Assembly (NCBI GenBank): GCA_965243025.1
Contig: CBDETY010000003.1
Location: 1,440,001-1,504,000 of the forward strand
Source: Candidatus Latescibacterota bacterium
GTDB lineage: Bacteria; Latescibacterota; UBA2968; UBA8231
Length of the DNA: 64,000 nt
Direction of reading: 5' to 3'
Made by a program: the position numbers and the translations under genes
Part shown: positions 27,269 through 36,826 of the stretch, in pieces
Layout of the letters: each line of letters opens with the position of its first letter
Numbering within the stretch: position 1 is the first letter of the stretch
Notes under the pieces: generated by a model
What the model was told of the DNA's origin: nothing
Database searches by the model: none
The model's input: only the letters and a program-made list of their open reading frames with translations

Positions 27269-28138
27269 GTGAGAAACGGATTCTTCAAGGGGCACGGGCT
27301 CGGAAACGACTACATCGCCCTCGATCCCGGCGATCTCGATTTCGAGCTCACACCACGTGCGATACGGGCGCTGTGCGACCGCAACCGGGGCCTGGGAAGC
27401 GACGGCATCCTCGCCCTCTCCGACACCGGAACAGCGGATTTCGGCGTCAGAATATACAATCCCGACGGCAGCGAAGCGGAAAAGTCCGGGAACGGCCTTC
27501 GCATTCTGGGCCGCTACCTGTACTCGACCGGAAGGACTCGCAGCCGGCGGTTCAGCGTCGATACCATGGGCGGCCTCGTCGAGATAGAGCTGCACGTCGA
27601 CCCCCACGGAGACGCCAGCGCCGCCACGGTCGCCATGGGTGGAGCCTCTTTCCGCCCCGGAGACCTGCCCTGCACCCTCGCCGCGGAGGAGCTGGTCGAC
27701 CAGCCGATCGCCGTGGACGGCAGGGAGCTCCGGTTCACCGGGGTCAGCGTCGGCAACCCGCACTGCGTCCTGTTCCGGGAGAAGGGGCTGGAGTGGTCCC
27801 GCGGGGAGCTCCTCGACCTCGGGCCCCGGCTCGAAAACCACGAGCTGTTTCCGCGCCGCATCAACGTCCAGCTCGCCGTCCCGGCCGGACCGCAGTCGAT
27901 CTACATCCTCATCTGGGAAAGGGGAGCCGGGGAGACCCAGGCGTCCGGTTCCTCCTCCTGCGCCGCTGCCAGCGCCGCGGTCCGCCTCGGACTGGTGGAC
28001 AGCCCGGTCACCGTCAAGGCCCCGGGGGGCGCCCTGGAGATCGAGGTCTCCGACGACTTCGATCTGACGATGAAAGGGCCGGTCGACGAGGTGGCCACCG
28101 GCAGCTTCACCCAGGCGTTCATCCGCTCCCTGAGCTGA
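27269..28138 (+). CDS. dapF: Diaminopimelate epimerase-family protein with Ser at both catalytic positions
   Basis: FFKGHGLGNDY, CDRNRGLGSDG, YNPDGSEAEKSGNG, SVGNPH, FPRRINV, WERGAGETQASGS. Confidence 0.85.
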   Translation: MRNGFFKGHGLGNDYIALDPGDLDFELTPRAIRALCDRNRGLGSDGILALSDTGTADFGVRIYNPDGSEAEKSGNGLRILGRYLYSTGRTRSRRFSVDTMGGLVEIELHVDPHGDASAATVAMGGASFRPGDLPCTLAAEELVDQPIAVDGRELRFTGVSVGNPHCVLFREKGLEWSRGELLDLGPRLENHELFPRRINVQLAVPAGPQSIYILIWERGAGETQASGSSSCAAASAAVRLGLVDSPVTVKAPGGALEIEVSDDFDLTMKGPVDEVATGSFTQAFIRSLS

Positions 28139-28158
28139 GGGAGTTCCGCGGTGCCGGG

Positions 28159-29247
28159 ATGAAGCAGGAGATCGCCGCGGAGCTGCTGGCGGCATGGAAC
28201 CGCAAGCTCTACCTGTGGTTTTCCCAGTACAACGAGGAGTACGCCGGGGGGCGCCTGCGGCGGCCCGTCATCGTGCTCGGGTCGGGCAGCAGGCAACTCG
28301 GCAGCTGGGATCCGGTACTGCGCCGCATCACCATTTCCGTCGAGCACGTGCGCCGCGATCCCTGGCTCGAGGTGATGGATACCCTGCGTCACGAGATGGC
28401 CCACCAGTACGCCCACGAAGTTCTCGAAGCCGGGGACCTCCCCCACGGACCGGCCTTCCGCCGCGCCTGCGAGGTTCTTCGCTGCTCTCCCCGCGCCGAG
28501 GCGGCTGCAACCGGTGAACCGCTTGCCGGGGAAGGGGACGAGCGCATTCTCCGCGTCCTCAAGAAAGTCCTGTCGCTGGCAACCAGCCCCAACGAGCACG
28601 AAGCCCAGGCCGCGGTCGACAAGGCGCGCAGGATGCTGCTCGAGTACAACGTCGATCTCGTCGCCCTCGACCGCGAGCGCAACTTCGACTGCGTCGCCGT
28701 CGGCGAGATCAAGGCGCGGCGGTCGACGTGGGAACTCTGGGTGGCGGCGATCCTCAACGAGTTCTTCTTCGTCGAGGTGCTGTGGGCGCGGACCTACCAG
28801 CCCTGCCGCGACCGGATGGGAACCGTGCTGCAGCTGTTCGGAACCCCGACCAACCTCTCCATGGCCTCATACGTGCACGACTACCTCGCCAACCTGCTGC
28901 CGCGCCTGTGGGAGCAGTACCGCCGCGACAACCGGCTGGCGGGGAACCGCGAGCGCATGCGCTACTTCGCCGGGGTCGCCCAGGGTTTCCACGACAAGCT
29001 CACCTGTGAAGCCGAAGCCGCGGCGGACCCCGGGACCGGCTCTGGAACCGCCGCCCTCGTGTGGAAAGGGGACGGCCGCCTCCGGCAGTACTACCGGTAC
29101 CTGAACCCGTACACGCAGACGCGGACCACCGCAGGGGTGTCGTCGAGCGAGGCGTTCCGGGACGGCCTTCGCGAGGGGAGGAAGGTCGAGATTCGCCGCC
29201 CCCTCACCGCGGGCTCCGGCTTCGGCGGTCTGCTGGGACAGGGGTAG
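28159..29247 (+). CDS. SprT-like metalloprotease with DUF2786-like domain
   Basis: LGSW, TLRHEMAHQ, HGPAF; KKVLSLATSPNEHEAQAA (DUF2786-like). Confidence 0.8.
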   Translation: MKQEIAAELLAAWNRKLYLWFSQYNEEYAGGRLRRPVIVLGSGSRQLGSWDPVLRRITISVEHVRRDPWLEVMDTLRHEMAHQYAHEVLEAGDLPHGPAFRRACEVLRCSPRAEAAATGEPLAGEGDERILRVLKKVLSLATSPNEHEAQAAVDKARRMLLEYNVDLVALDRERNFDCVAVGEIKARRSTWELWVAAILNEFFFVEVLWARTYQPCRDRMGTVLQLFGTPTNLSMASYVHDYLANLLPRLWEQYRRDNRLAGNRERMRYFAGVAQGFHDKLTCEAEAAADPGTGSGTAALVWKGDGRLRQYYRYLNPYTQTRTTAGVSSSEAFRDGLREGRKVEIRRPLTAGSGFGGLLGQG

Positions 29248-29254
29248 GGCAGGA

Positions 29255-32092
29255 ATGCGGACCGCCCCTTGTTTCGCTTGGCTCGTCCTGCTCGCCACTG
29301 CCTTTGCGGGCCCGGAGCGCGGGAGTGCGCAGCTCTACCAGTTCGGCAAGAACAAGGTCCAGTACGACGAGTTCGACTGGCAGAAAATGGAGACCGCCCA
29401 CTTCGACGTGTACTTCTACCCGGAAGAGCAGCAGCTCGCCTCCTGGGCAGCCCGCATGGCGGAAGAGGGGTATCGCGCCGTCGAGCAGGTCTCCGGCCAT
29501 ACCGTGCAGCGCCGCATACCGCTGATCGTCTACTCCTCCCACGTCTATTTCGAGCAGACCAACATCATCCCCGGCTTCCTGCCGGAAGGGGTGGCCGGGT
29601 TCACCGAGTCCCTGAAGGGGCGCGTGGCCCTGCCGCTGAGCGGGTCGCTTCCCGAGTTCGAGCGCGTCCTCGTGCACGAGCTCGTGCACGTGTTCATGTT
29701 CGACCGCATCCGCACCGTGCTCAAGGCCAGGGGGGCCGCCCGCTACCGCCGCGGGCCGCTGTGGTTTTCCGAGGGGCTCGCCGAGTACTGGGCCGGACCG
29801 TGGGACAGCTACGGCGACATGATCATCCGCGACGCCCTGTTCTCGCAGCGGCTGGTTCCGATCGCCCGGATGCACCTCATCCAGGGCACTTTCCAGATGT
29901 ACAAGGAGGGGCAGTCGATCTGCGAGTTCATGGCCGCCCGCTACGGCCCGGACGTCTTCGTCCGCCTTCTCGACAACTGGTGGCGGTCCGAGGAGTTCGC
30001 CGAGGTGTTCGAGATCACCACCGGCGAGCCGCTGGCCGACCTCGACGAGAAGTGGGGCTACCACCTCCGCAAGACCTACCTGCCCGATATCGAAGGCAGC
30101 GACCCGCCCGGCGAGATTTCCCGGGCGGTCACCCGGTCCGGTTTCAACCTCAAGCCCGAGGTCTCGCCAGGCCGAACGGTCGGAGGGGAGCCCGAGGTGC
30201 TGTTCTTCCACAACCACCGGGGCCACTCGCAGATCGCCAGGGCCCCCCTGCGGGGGGTCGAGGCCGAGCCCGAGGTCGTCGTCCCCGGGACGCGGCTTCC
30301 GCAGTACGAATCCCTGCACGAGTTGAGCAGCAGTCTCGCCGTTTCCCCCGACGGCCGCCTGCTCGCCTTCTCGGCCAAGCGCAGGGGCCGCGACCATCTC
30401 CACCTCTGGGACCTTGGCGCTGGCCGGCTGGCCGGGACGCTGAGTTTCGAGGAGATCGTCGCCATTTCGAGTCCGACCTGGTCCCCTGAGGGGGGCCGCA
30501 TCGCCTTCTCGGGCGCCGGCAAGGGGGGGATTTCGGACCTCCACGTGGTGGAGGTGGCAAGCGGCGGGCTCGAACGCCTGACCGCGGATCAGTTCCACGA
30601 CCGGGACCCGGCCTGGCATCCCGCCGAGGACCGCCTGGTGTTCAGCTCGGACCGCTGGGAGGTGGCGGGCCGGCAGGGGTACTACAGCCTCTTCGAGTAC
30701 GATTTCGCCACCCGCAGGGTGCGTCCGCTGACCCGGGGGAAGAACAACGACCTGCACCCGGCCTGGTCCCCGGACGGCGGCCGCATCGCCTTCAGCTCCG
30801 ATCGGGACGGCAGGTTCGATCTGTTCGAGCTGGAACTGCAGGGCTCCGGCGCCGGGAGCCTGCGCAGGCTGACGAGGGTCCTGACCGGGGTCTTCGACCC
30901 GGCCTGGCTGCCGGACGGAAGCGGCGTTCTCTACACCGGATTCGAGAGCGGGGGCTTTCAGATCTACCTGCACGACCTCGCCACCGGTGCCGAAGGAAAT
31001 GCCGACCCGGGAGAGCTGATTGACCTCGACGCCGTCGCCGCGGCCGCCGATTCCGGCTGGACCCTCGAGGAATCGGGCGGCTCCGGCGCCGTCGTCAAGA
31101 GCCGCTACCGCAAGCACCTCAGCCTCGACATCGCCCAGAGCCAGATATCGCAGGATCCGGTTTTCGGGACCTCGGGGGGGATCCAGATCGCCTTGAGCGA
31201 CATCCTCGGGAACGACCAGTTCTACTTCGTTCTCTCCCACATTTCCGGCAGCGACGTCGGATTCTTCAACGGCCTCAACCTCGCCCTGGGCCGCCTCCAC
31301 CTCGCCCGCCAGCTCAACATCGCCTGGGGGGTGTTCCGCCTCAACGACCGCTTTTCGAGCCGCTTCGGCCGCTTCGTGCGCGAGAAGCGGACCGGCGCCT
31401 ACACCGAGTTCAGCTATCCCTTCAGCCGCAACAACCGCATCGTGACCCGGCTGTCGGTTCGCCACGCCGATATCGACCGCAGCTTCCAGGGCCGCAAGCT
31501 CAAGGGCTGGCTGATGTCGAACCACATCAGCTACACCCACGACGGCAGTTTCTGGATTCCCACCGGGCCGCTGGAGGGCACCCGCTACAGTTTCGGGGCG
31601 GGCCAGAGCGTCGATTTCAAGAGCTCGCGGCGCTTCAACGTGACCCTCTTCGGGGACTACCGCCGCTACCTGCGCCTGTCCCGGCGCAGCAGCTTCGCCG
31701 TGCGCTACGTTGCCCGGCACAGCCGCGGGGAAGTGCCCGAGTTCTTTTCCCTGGGCGGCAGCTGGACCCTCAGGGGATACCCCTGGCGCTCGATCTGGGG
31801 GAACAATCTCCTTCTCGCCAACCACGAGCTTCGCTTCCCCCTGCTCGACCGCATCGTGCTGGCGTTTCCGTTCGGGAACATCGACCTGAGAGCCTTCCGC
31901 GGCGCCTTGTTCGCCGATGCCGGAAACGCCTGGAGCGACCGCTTCGGGGACTGGCGGGGCAGTTTCGGAGCCGGTGTCCGCATCGCCCTGGGAGGAGTGT
32001 TCGTGTTCCGCCTCGACGCCTCGCGCCGCACCGATTTCAAGTCGATCGGCGGCAGCAACCACTGGGACTTTTTCTTCGGATGGGATTTCTGA
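29255..32092 (+). CDS. Peptidase MA-like + TolB/PD40 beta-propeller + Omp85 (BamA/TamA) barrel protein
   Basis: FGKNKVQY, HELVH...WFSEGLAEY, repeated P.WSPDG..IAFSSDR, LRGY lid motif, F.DAG, GAGVR, terminal FGWDF. Confidence 0.85.
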   Translation: MRTAPCFAWLVLLATAFAGPERGSAQLYQFGKNKVQYDEFDWQKMETAHFDVYFYPEEQQLASWAARMAEEGYRAVEQVSGHTVQRRIPLIVYSSHVYFEQTNIIPGFLPEGVAGFTESLKGRVALPLSGSLPEFERVLVHELVHVFMFDRIRTVLKARGAARYRRGPLWFSEGLAEYWAGPWDSYGDMIIRDALFSQRLVPIARMHLIQGTFQMYKEGQSICEFMAARYGPDVFVRLLDNWWRSEEFAEVFEITTGEPLADLDEKWGYHLRKTYLPDIEGSDPPGEISRAVTRSGFNLKPEVSPGRTVGGEPEVLFFHNHRGHSQIARAPLRGVEAEPEVVVPGTRLPQYESLHELSSSLAVSPDGRLLAFSAKRRGRDHLHLWDLGAGRLAGTLSFEEIVAISSPTWSPEGGRIAFSGAGKGGISDLHVVEVASGGLERLTADQFHDRDPAWHPAEDRLVFSSDRWEVAGRQGYYSLFEYDFATRRVRPLTRGKNNDLHPAWSPDGGRIAFSSDRDGRFDLFELELQGSGAGSLRRLTRVLTGVFDPAWLPDGSGVLYTGFESGGFQIYLHDLATGAEGNADPGELIDLDAVAAAADSGWTLEESGGSGAVVKSRYRKHLSLDIAQSQISQDPVFGTSGGIQIALSDILGNDQFYFVLSHISGSDVGFFNGLNLALGRLHLARQLNIAWGVFRLNDRFSSRFGRFVREKRTGAYTEFSYPFSRNNRIVTRLSVRHADIDRSFQGRKLKGWLMSNHISYTHDGSFWIPTGPLEGTRYSFGAGQSVDFKSSRRFNVTLFGDYRRYLRLSRRSSFAVRYVARHSRGEVPEFFSLGGSWTLRGYPWRSIWGNNLLLANHELRFPLLDRIVLAFPFGNIDLRAFRGALFADAGNAWSDRFGDWRGSFGAGVRIALGGVFVFRLDASRRTDFKSIGGSNHWDFFFGWDF

Positions 32093-33243
32093 GAGCGGGA
32101 AGAACCGCGGCGGTTGCGCTTCGCCCCGCCGCCCTGGCGGCGCTTCTGACTCTGTCCGGGTGCCAGCCCAAACTGCTTTTCCTGCCCTCGACCAGAGGGG
32201 CCGCCGACCAGTGGCTGCAGGAAAGCGGCTCACCGGGGGGTTCCTCGTTTCGCCGGGAAGGAGCCGAGCCGCCCCTGCGGCTGCGCTGGCGGCAGGAAAT
32301 CGACAGCCCTCCCCTCGGAGGCGCCCTGCTCTCCGGGGAGCTGATGCTGCAGCTCACCAAGACCTCCAACCTCGCCGTCCTCGACCGCAACAGCGGGTTC
32401 CCTCTGTCGCGCAAGGGGTTCGACAACGACATCTGCGGTCCGGCGGCGGTCGCAGGCCCCTCCTCCAGGCTGCTGCTTGTCGGGGAGCTCGGCCGCAAGC
32501 CCGCCCTGCGCGCCGTCGACCGGCGCAGCGGCGAACCGGTCTGGAGCCGCCCGGGGAGGTTCTGCAGCGCTCCGGTAGTGCGGGGAGACACCCTGCTGAT
32601 CGCGCGGGAGAACGGGCCGCTGCTGTCGCTCTCCCTGGCCGACGGCGGCGAGCTGTGGTCGCGGGAACCTGGGGGGCGATGGGCGGCTTCCCCCTCGCTG
32701 GGGGACAGCGCCGCCTACATCTGCGACAGCGACGGGGCGGTCACCGCGCTGCGGCTCGCCGACGGCAGCGAGCGCTGGACCCGCGCCCTGGGCTCGGGAT
32801 TCTGCGGGCGGCCCGCGGTTTCCGGGGGTCGGGTTTTCGCCGCATCGGCAACCGGCGACCTCTTCGCCCTTGACGCGGCTTCCGGGGACATCCTCTGGAA
32901 AACCGGGCTCGCATCCCTTCCCGCCCCCGGCCTGGTGGCTGGGGAGGGGATGGTGGCGGCGGCCTGCTCCGACCGCAAGCTGTACGGGATCGACGCGGAA
33001 ACAGGGGAGGTCGCCTGGCGATTCGAGACGGGGGCGGCGATTCGCTCCACCCCGGCCGCCTCGGGACGGATCCTGTACGCGGCCGGCAACGACCAGTTCC
33101 TCTACGCCCTCCGCCTCGACAGCGGCCACCTGGAGTGGAAGTTCAGGCTCGACGGGCCGGTCTCCGAGCCGGTGGTCGCAGTGCGCGACGCCGTCGTTCT
33201 GGCGACCGACTCGGGAACCGTCTACCTCTTCGGCAGGAGATAG
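32080..33243 (+). CDS. PQQ-like beta-propeller lipoprotein (BamB-like)
   Basis: Lipobox LSGC; repeated ALDA.SG.ILWK / DAETGEVAWRF motifs. Confidence 0.8.
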   Translation: MGFLRAGRTAAVALRPAALAALLTLSGCQPKLLFLPSTRGAADQWLQESGSPGGSSFRREGAEPPLRLRWRQEIDSPPLGGALLSGELMLQLTKTSNLAVLDRNSGFPLSRKGFDNDICGPAAVAGPSSRLLLVGELGRKPALRAVDRRSGEPVWSRPGRFCSAPVVRGDTLLIARENGPLLSLSLADGGELWSREPGGRWAASPSLGDSAAYICDSDGAVTALRLADGSERWTRALGSGFCGRPAVSGGRVFAASATGDLFALDAASGDILWKTGLASLPAPGLVAGEGMVAAACSDRKLYGIDAETGEVAWRFETGAAIRSTPAASGRILYAAGNDQFLYALRLDSGHLEWKFRLDGPVSEPVVAVRDAVVLATDSGTVYLFGRR

Positions 33244-33298
33244 GGTGTCCGGGAATCAGCGCGGTTTGGAATCAGGAGCAGGCCGAAGGCTGCCGCCG

Positions 33299-34012
33299 AT
33301 GGCGGTGTACTGGCTCGGTTCGGTGCTGGCGGCGATTCAGCCGGGGGCGTTCCCCGGGTACGCCGCCGATGGAACGGTTCACCCGGACGAGTCCCGGCCG
33401 GGCCCTGGGGCGACCCTTTCGAGCAAGGCCTCCTTCCGGCTCGCCCCCTCCATTTTCGATCGAACTCCCCCTTTGTCCCCGGCCGCCGCAGCGCCGATCT
33501 CGAAGAACGGGGTGGGCCGGGAATCCCCGTTCTTCCGCGGTGGTCGGGCTCTCGACAGCCCCTGGTCCAGGGAGCAGGGGCTGGCTTGGCATGACCGGGA
33601 GCAGGGTGGGCGGTCGGGGTCTTCTGAACAGTTGCCTCTCGCCTCCCTCTTCCACGCGCTGGAGAAAGGGAATGAACCCCCGCACTCCCGGGTCCGGGGC
33701 ATGGGGCAGTCCTTCGGGAGCGCGCTTTCCAGGCGGCAGGACAGGGCCGGGGATGACCGGAAGCAGCGGGTCCGGTCCCGTTTTTCGGCTCCCCTGTACC
33801 TCAGCGCCGCGCTGACGGTTTCGGCGGCGGCGGTCGCCCGGTTGAGCAAGGACCGGGCCGACGACGCGTACGAGACCTATCTCAAATCCGCGGGGCGCCA
33901 GCGCCAGCAGAGCCACTTCGAAGAGGCGGAGCGCTACGACCGCATCGCCGGGGCCGCCTTCGCGGTCATGGAAGCGGGACTGGTCTGGTCGGTATACCTG
34001 CTGTTCTTCTGA
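33299..34012 (+). CDS. Hypothetical protein with a C-terminal hydrophobic helical hairpin (start uncertain)
   Basis: C-terminus LYLSAALTVS...ADDAYETY...YDRIAGAAF...VYLLFF; stop is 2 bp before the next gene. Confidence 0.5.
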   Translation: MAVYWLGSVLAAIQPGAFPGYAADGTVHPDESRPGPGATLSSKASFRLAPSIFDRTPPLSPAAAAPISKNGVGRESPFFRGGRALDSPWSREQGLAWHDREQGGRSGSSEQLPLASLFHALEKGNEPPHSRVRGMGQSFGSALSRRQDRAGDDRKQRVRSRFSAPLYLSAALTVSAAAVARLSKDRADDAYETYLKSAGRQRQQSHFEEAERYDRIAGAAFAVMEAGLVWSVYLLFF

Positions 34013-34014
34013 CC

Positions 34015-35310
34015 GTGTCCGGCTTCCTTCCTGCACGCTTTCGCACCGCCGCCGGCCTGACGCTGGCCGGGCTCCTCCTGGCCTGCAGCGACCGGCAGCA
34101 CCGCAATCCTTTCGACCCGATGGTCGAGAATCCCATCGATACGGTCACCGCGCTCGAGGCCACCGCCGGCGACCGGCGGGTCACCCTGAACTGGGATTAC
34201 ACCTACTTCGAAGATCTGGTCGGGCTGCGGCTCTATCGCCGCACTTCCGGGTCGGGGGAAACAGCCCTTGACCTGGCTTCCGGGCAGACTTCCCACGTGG
34301 ACAACGACGTCGAAAACGGCACCGTCTACGAGTACCGGCTCGGCCTCGTGATCGCAGGCGAGGGGGAACGGGATTCCGGGGTGCTCGAGCGCGCAACTCC
34401 CGGGACCGCGGCGGCCTGGGTTGCCGATCCCGGCAGCGGCCTGGTCTGGCGCCTGGCACCGGACGGCCGCAGCTCGGTCTTCGCCCAGGGCCGTTTCGCC
34501 TTTCTCACCTCGATTGCGGTGACCGGCGAGGACCGCGCCTGCTGGGTCGGGGACCGGAGGTTCGGCGGGCTCTACCGGATCGACCAGGAGGGAGAGCTGC
34601 GGGTTGTCCCCGGTGAGCTCGAGGGGGTGGAAGAGCTCGCCGCCGCGGACGGTCTCGGCTGGATGATCGAGGCGGATGGGGACCGCGTCTGGTGGGCGGA
34701 CCTCTCCACGGCCTCTGACTCGCTGCGATTGACGGCGGTGGACGCCCACTTCGAAGAACCGTCGGCGCTCGCCGCGGCCCTCGACGCCTGCTGGATCGTC
34801 GACAGCGCCGAACCGCGGGTGCTGCTCTACCACCGCGACGGCACCAAAATCGATGCCTGGGCCGGGCTGGATTCACCCGCGGCCATAGCCACCTCCCCCG
34901 CTTCCGAGAGCGGGGATGACGATGGGCGGCGCTTCCCCGCCGAGGCCTGGGTGCTGATCGGGGAGGGCAGCCGCCTGGCGAGGCTGGAGGTCGGCTCCGA
35001 GGCGGTGGAGATCGAGCTTCCGTTCGCAGCCGCTGTCGCCCTCGAGATCGACGCGGCCACCGGGGACTGCTGGGTCCTCGGGGAGAACGGCGCCGCCTCC
35101 TTCGGGCGCGACGGCGGCCAACGCGTACATTGGGAGAGTCTCCCGGTGGGGGAGGGTCGGCATCTCGACGTCGACCCCAGTCACCGGCAGCTTTGGATAA
35201 CCGGATCGGAGGGTCTCTGGAAGGTGGGGATGGAGGGAGACGGGGGAACACTGCTCGGAGGCTTTTCCAGACCGATGCGGGTACAGGTGGACCCCGGTTC
35301 GGGACCTTAG
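34015..35310 (+). CDS. Lipoprotein with FN3-like domain and beta-propeller
   Basis: Lipobox LLAC, HRNPFDP, LEATAGDRRVTLNW...LYRR...HVDNDVENGTVYEYRL, repeated CWV.D blades. Confidence 0.7.
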   Translation: MSGFLPARFRTAAGLTLAGLLLACSDRQHRNPFDPMVENPIDTVTALEATAGDRRVTLNWDYTYFEDLVGLRLYRRTSGSGETALDLASGQTSHVDNDVENGTVYEYRLGLVIAGEGERDSGVLERATPGTAAAWVADPGSGLVWRLAPDGRSSVFAQGRFAFLTSIAVTGEDRACWVGDRRFGGLYRIDQEGELRVVPGELEGVEELAAADGLGWMIEADGDRVWWADLSTASDSLRLTAVDAHFEEPSALAAALDACWIVDSAEPRVLLYHRDGTKIDAWAGLDSPAAIATSPASESGDDDGRRFPAEAWVLIGEGSRLARLEVGSEAVEIELPFAAAVALEIDAATGDCWVLGENGAASFGRDGGQRVHWESLPVGEGRHLDVDPSHRQLWITGSEGLWKVGMEGDGGTLLGGFSRPMRVQVDPGSGP

Positions 35311-35358
35311 GGAAGCTGGAGTTCGGCGCGGGTCGCCGATTCCCGCGCGGCCAATGGC

Positions 35359-36252
35359 ATGAGCGGCGGAACGATCATCAGCATGACAGGCTTCGGCAGC
35401 GGCAGGGCCGAAGGGGGCGCGGCCTCGGTGAGAGCGACGGTGCGCTCGCTCAACGGCCGGTTCCTCGACGTCCAGGTCCGCTGCCCCGCTCCGTTGCGGG
35501 AGCTGGAGAGCGCCGTCGGGGAGCGCGTTCAGGAGGTCGTTTCCCGGGGCAAGGTTACCGTGCTCGTCGAGCTCGAGGAAACCGCGGCCCCCGGCGACAC
35601 GGGACCGGTTCTCGACCTGGAGACGGCAAGGCGCTACGTCGCGGGATTGAAAAGGCTGGCCGAGGCCGAGGGATTCCAACCCGCCATCTCCCTCGGGTCG
35701 GTGGCGGCGATGCCGGGTGTCTTTCGCAACGACCCGGTGCCGCTCGATACGGAGAGCGCCGCACCCCTGGTCATGTCCGCCGTCGACGAAGCCCTGCGGG
35801 AGTGCGACGGGATGAGGAGGGCGGAGGGGCAGGCCCTCGCCCGCGATCTGCGGGCCCGGGTCGCTTCCCTGCAGGATTTGCTCAGGGAGATCGAGACCCT
35901 GGCTGCCGGCAGCAGGGAGCAGCACCTCTCGCGCCTGCGTGAAAGGGTGGCCGCCCTGCTCGAGCCGGGGGCCATCGACGAGGACCGTCTGGCCATGGAG
36001 GTGGTGATGGTGGCCGAGCGGAGCGACATAGCCGAAGAGCTCGTGCGCTTCGGCAGCCACACGGAACAGTTCGCCGAAACCCTGGAAACAGGCGGCGACG
36101 TCGGCAAGCGTCTCAACTTCCTCCTTCAGGAGATGCACCGCGAGGCCAACACGATCGGCTCCAAGGCGACCGCAACCGGGATCGTACACGAGGTGCTGGC
36201 GGTCAAGGAGGAGATCGAGCGGATGCGGGAGCAGGTCCAGAACCTCGCGTGA
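35359..36252 (+). CDS. yicC: YicC/YloC family endoribonuclease
   Basis: SMTGFG, RSLNGRFLD, RGKV, DIAEEL.R, GKRLNFLLQEMHREANTIGSK, REQVQN. Confidence 0.93.
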   Translation: MSGGTIISMTGFGSGRAEGGAASVRATVRSLNGRFLDVQVRCPAPLRELESAVGERVQEVVSRGKVTVLVELEETAAPGDTGPVLDLETARRYVAGLKRLAEAEGFQPAISLGSVAAMPGVFRNDPVPLDTESAAPLVMSAVDEALRECDGMRRAEGQALARDLRARVASLQDLLREIETLAAGSREQHLSRLRERVAALLEPGAIDEDRLAMEVVMVAERSDIAEELVRFGSHTEQFAETLETGGDVGKRLNFLLQEMHREANTIGSKATATGIVHEVLAVKEEIERMREQVQNLA

Positions 36253-36821
36253 CCGCGGCGACGATGGCGGGAAACGAAGGGATGGACGTCGTGACCATAG
36301 GGGGGTTTCCCGGCTCCGGCACCAGCACGGTGTGCGAGCTCCTCGGCAGGCGCACCGGATGGCGGCACCTCGACGCCGGCAGGACGTTCCGGGAGATGGC
36401 CGCCGAGGCCGGGGTTTCCATGGAGGCCTTCTGCCGCCGCGCCGAGTCGGACCCGGGACTCGACCGCGGCCTCGACGCCCGCATGATCGAAGCGGTCCGC
36501 ACCCGCTGCGGCGGCCTGATCCTCGAAGGGCGCCTCACCGGCTGGATGGTCGTGCGGGGGCGGCTTCCGGCGTTGAAGGTATGGATTTTCGCCGACATGA
36601 AAGTGCGCGCCGGCCGCGTCGGCCGGCGCGACGGCCAGACCGTCGAAAAGGCCATGGAGGAGATGGATCGCAGGGAGCAGTCGGAACGGACCCGCTATCG
36701 CGATCACCACGGCATCGACATCGGCGACCTGTCGATCTACGACCTGGTGATCGATTCGGGATCGGAGGAGGCGGGGAGCGTGGCCGACCGGGTCGCCGAG
36801 CGCCTCGCGGGCGGCGGGTGA
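36249..36821 (+). CDS. cmk: Archaeal-type cytidylate kinase
   Basis: VTIGGFPGSGTST, AGRTFREMA, LDRGLD, LEGRLTGW, RAGRV..R, RE.SERTRY...GIDIGDLSIYDLVIDS; alternative ATG at 36282. Confidence 0.8.
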   Translation: MTAATMAGNEGMDVVTIGGFPGSGTSTVCELLGRRTGWRHLDAGRTFREMAAEAGVSMEAFCRRAESDPGLDRGLDARMIEAVRTRCGGLILEGRLTGWMVVRGRLPALKVWIFADMKVRAGRVGRRDGQTVEKAMEEMDRREQSERTRYRDHHGIDIGDLSIYDLVIDSGSEEAGSVADRVAERLAGGG

Positions 36822-36826
36822 CCGGG

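Noticed and set aside
29204-32233. 1009-aa minus-strand ORF and many other long overlapping ORFs (for example 49406..51985, 46556..48208, 54389..56425)
   Set aside because: They lie opposite or out of frame with genes that have clear motifs; Arg/Pro/Gly-rich with no family signatures, as expected from stop-codon scarcity at high GC
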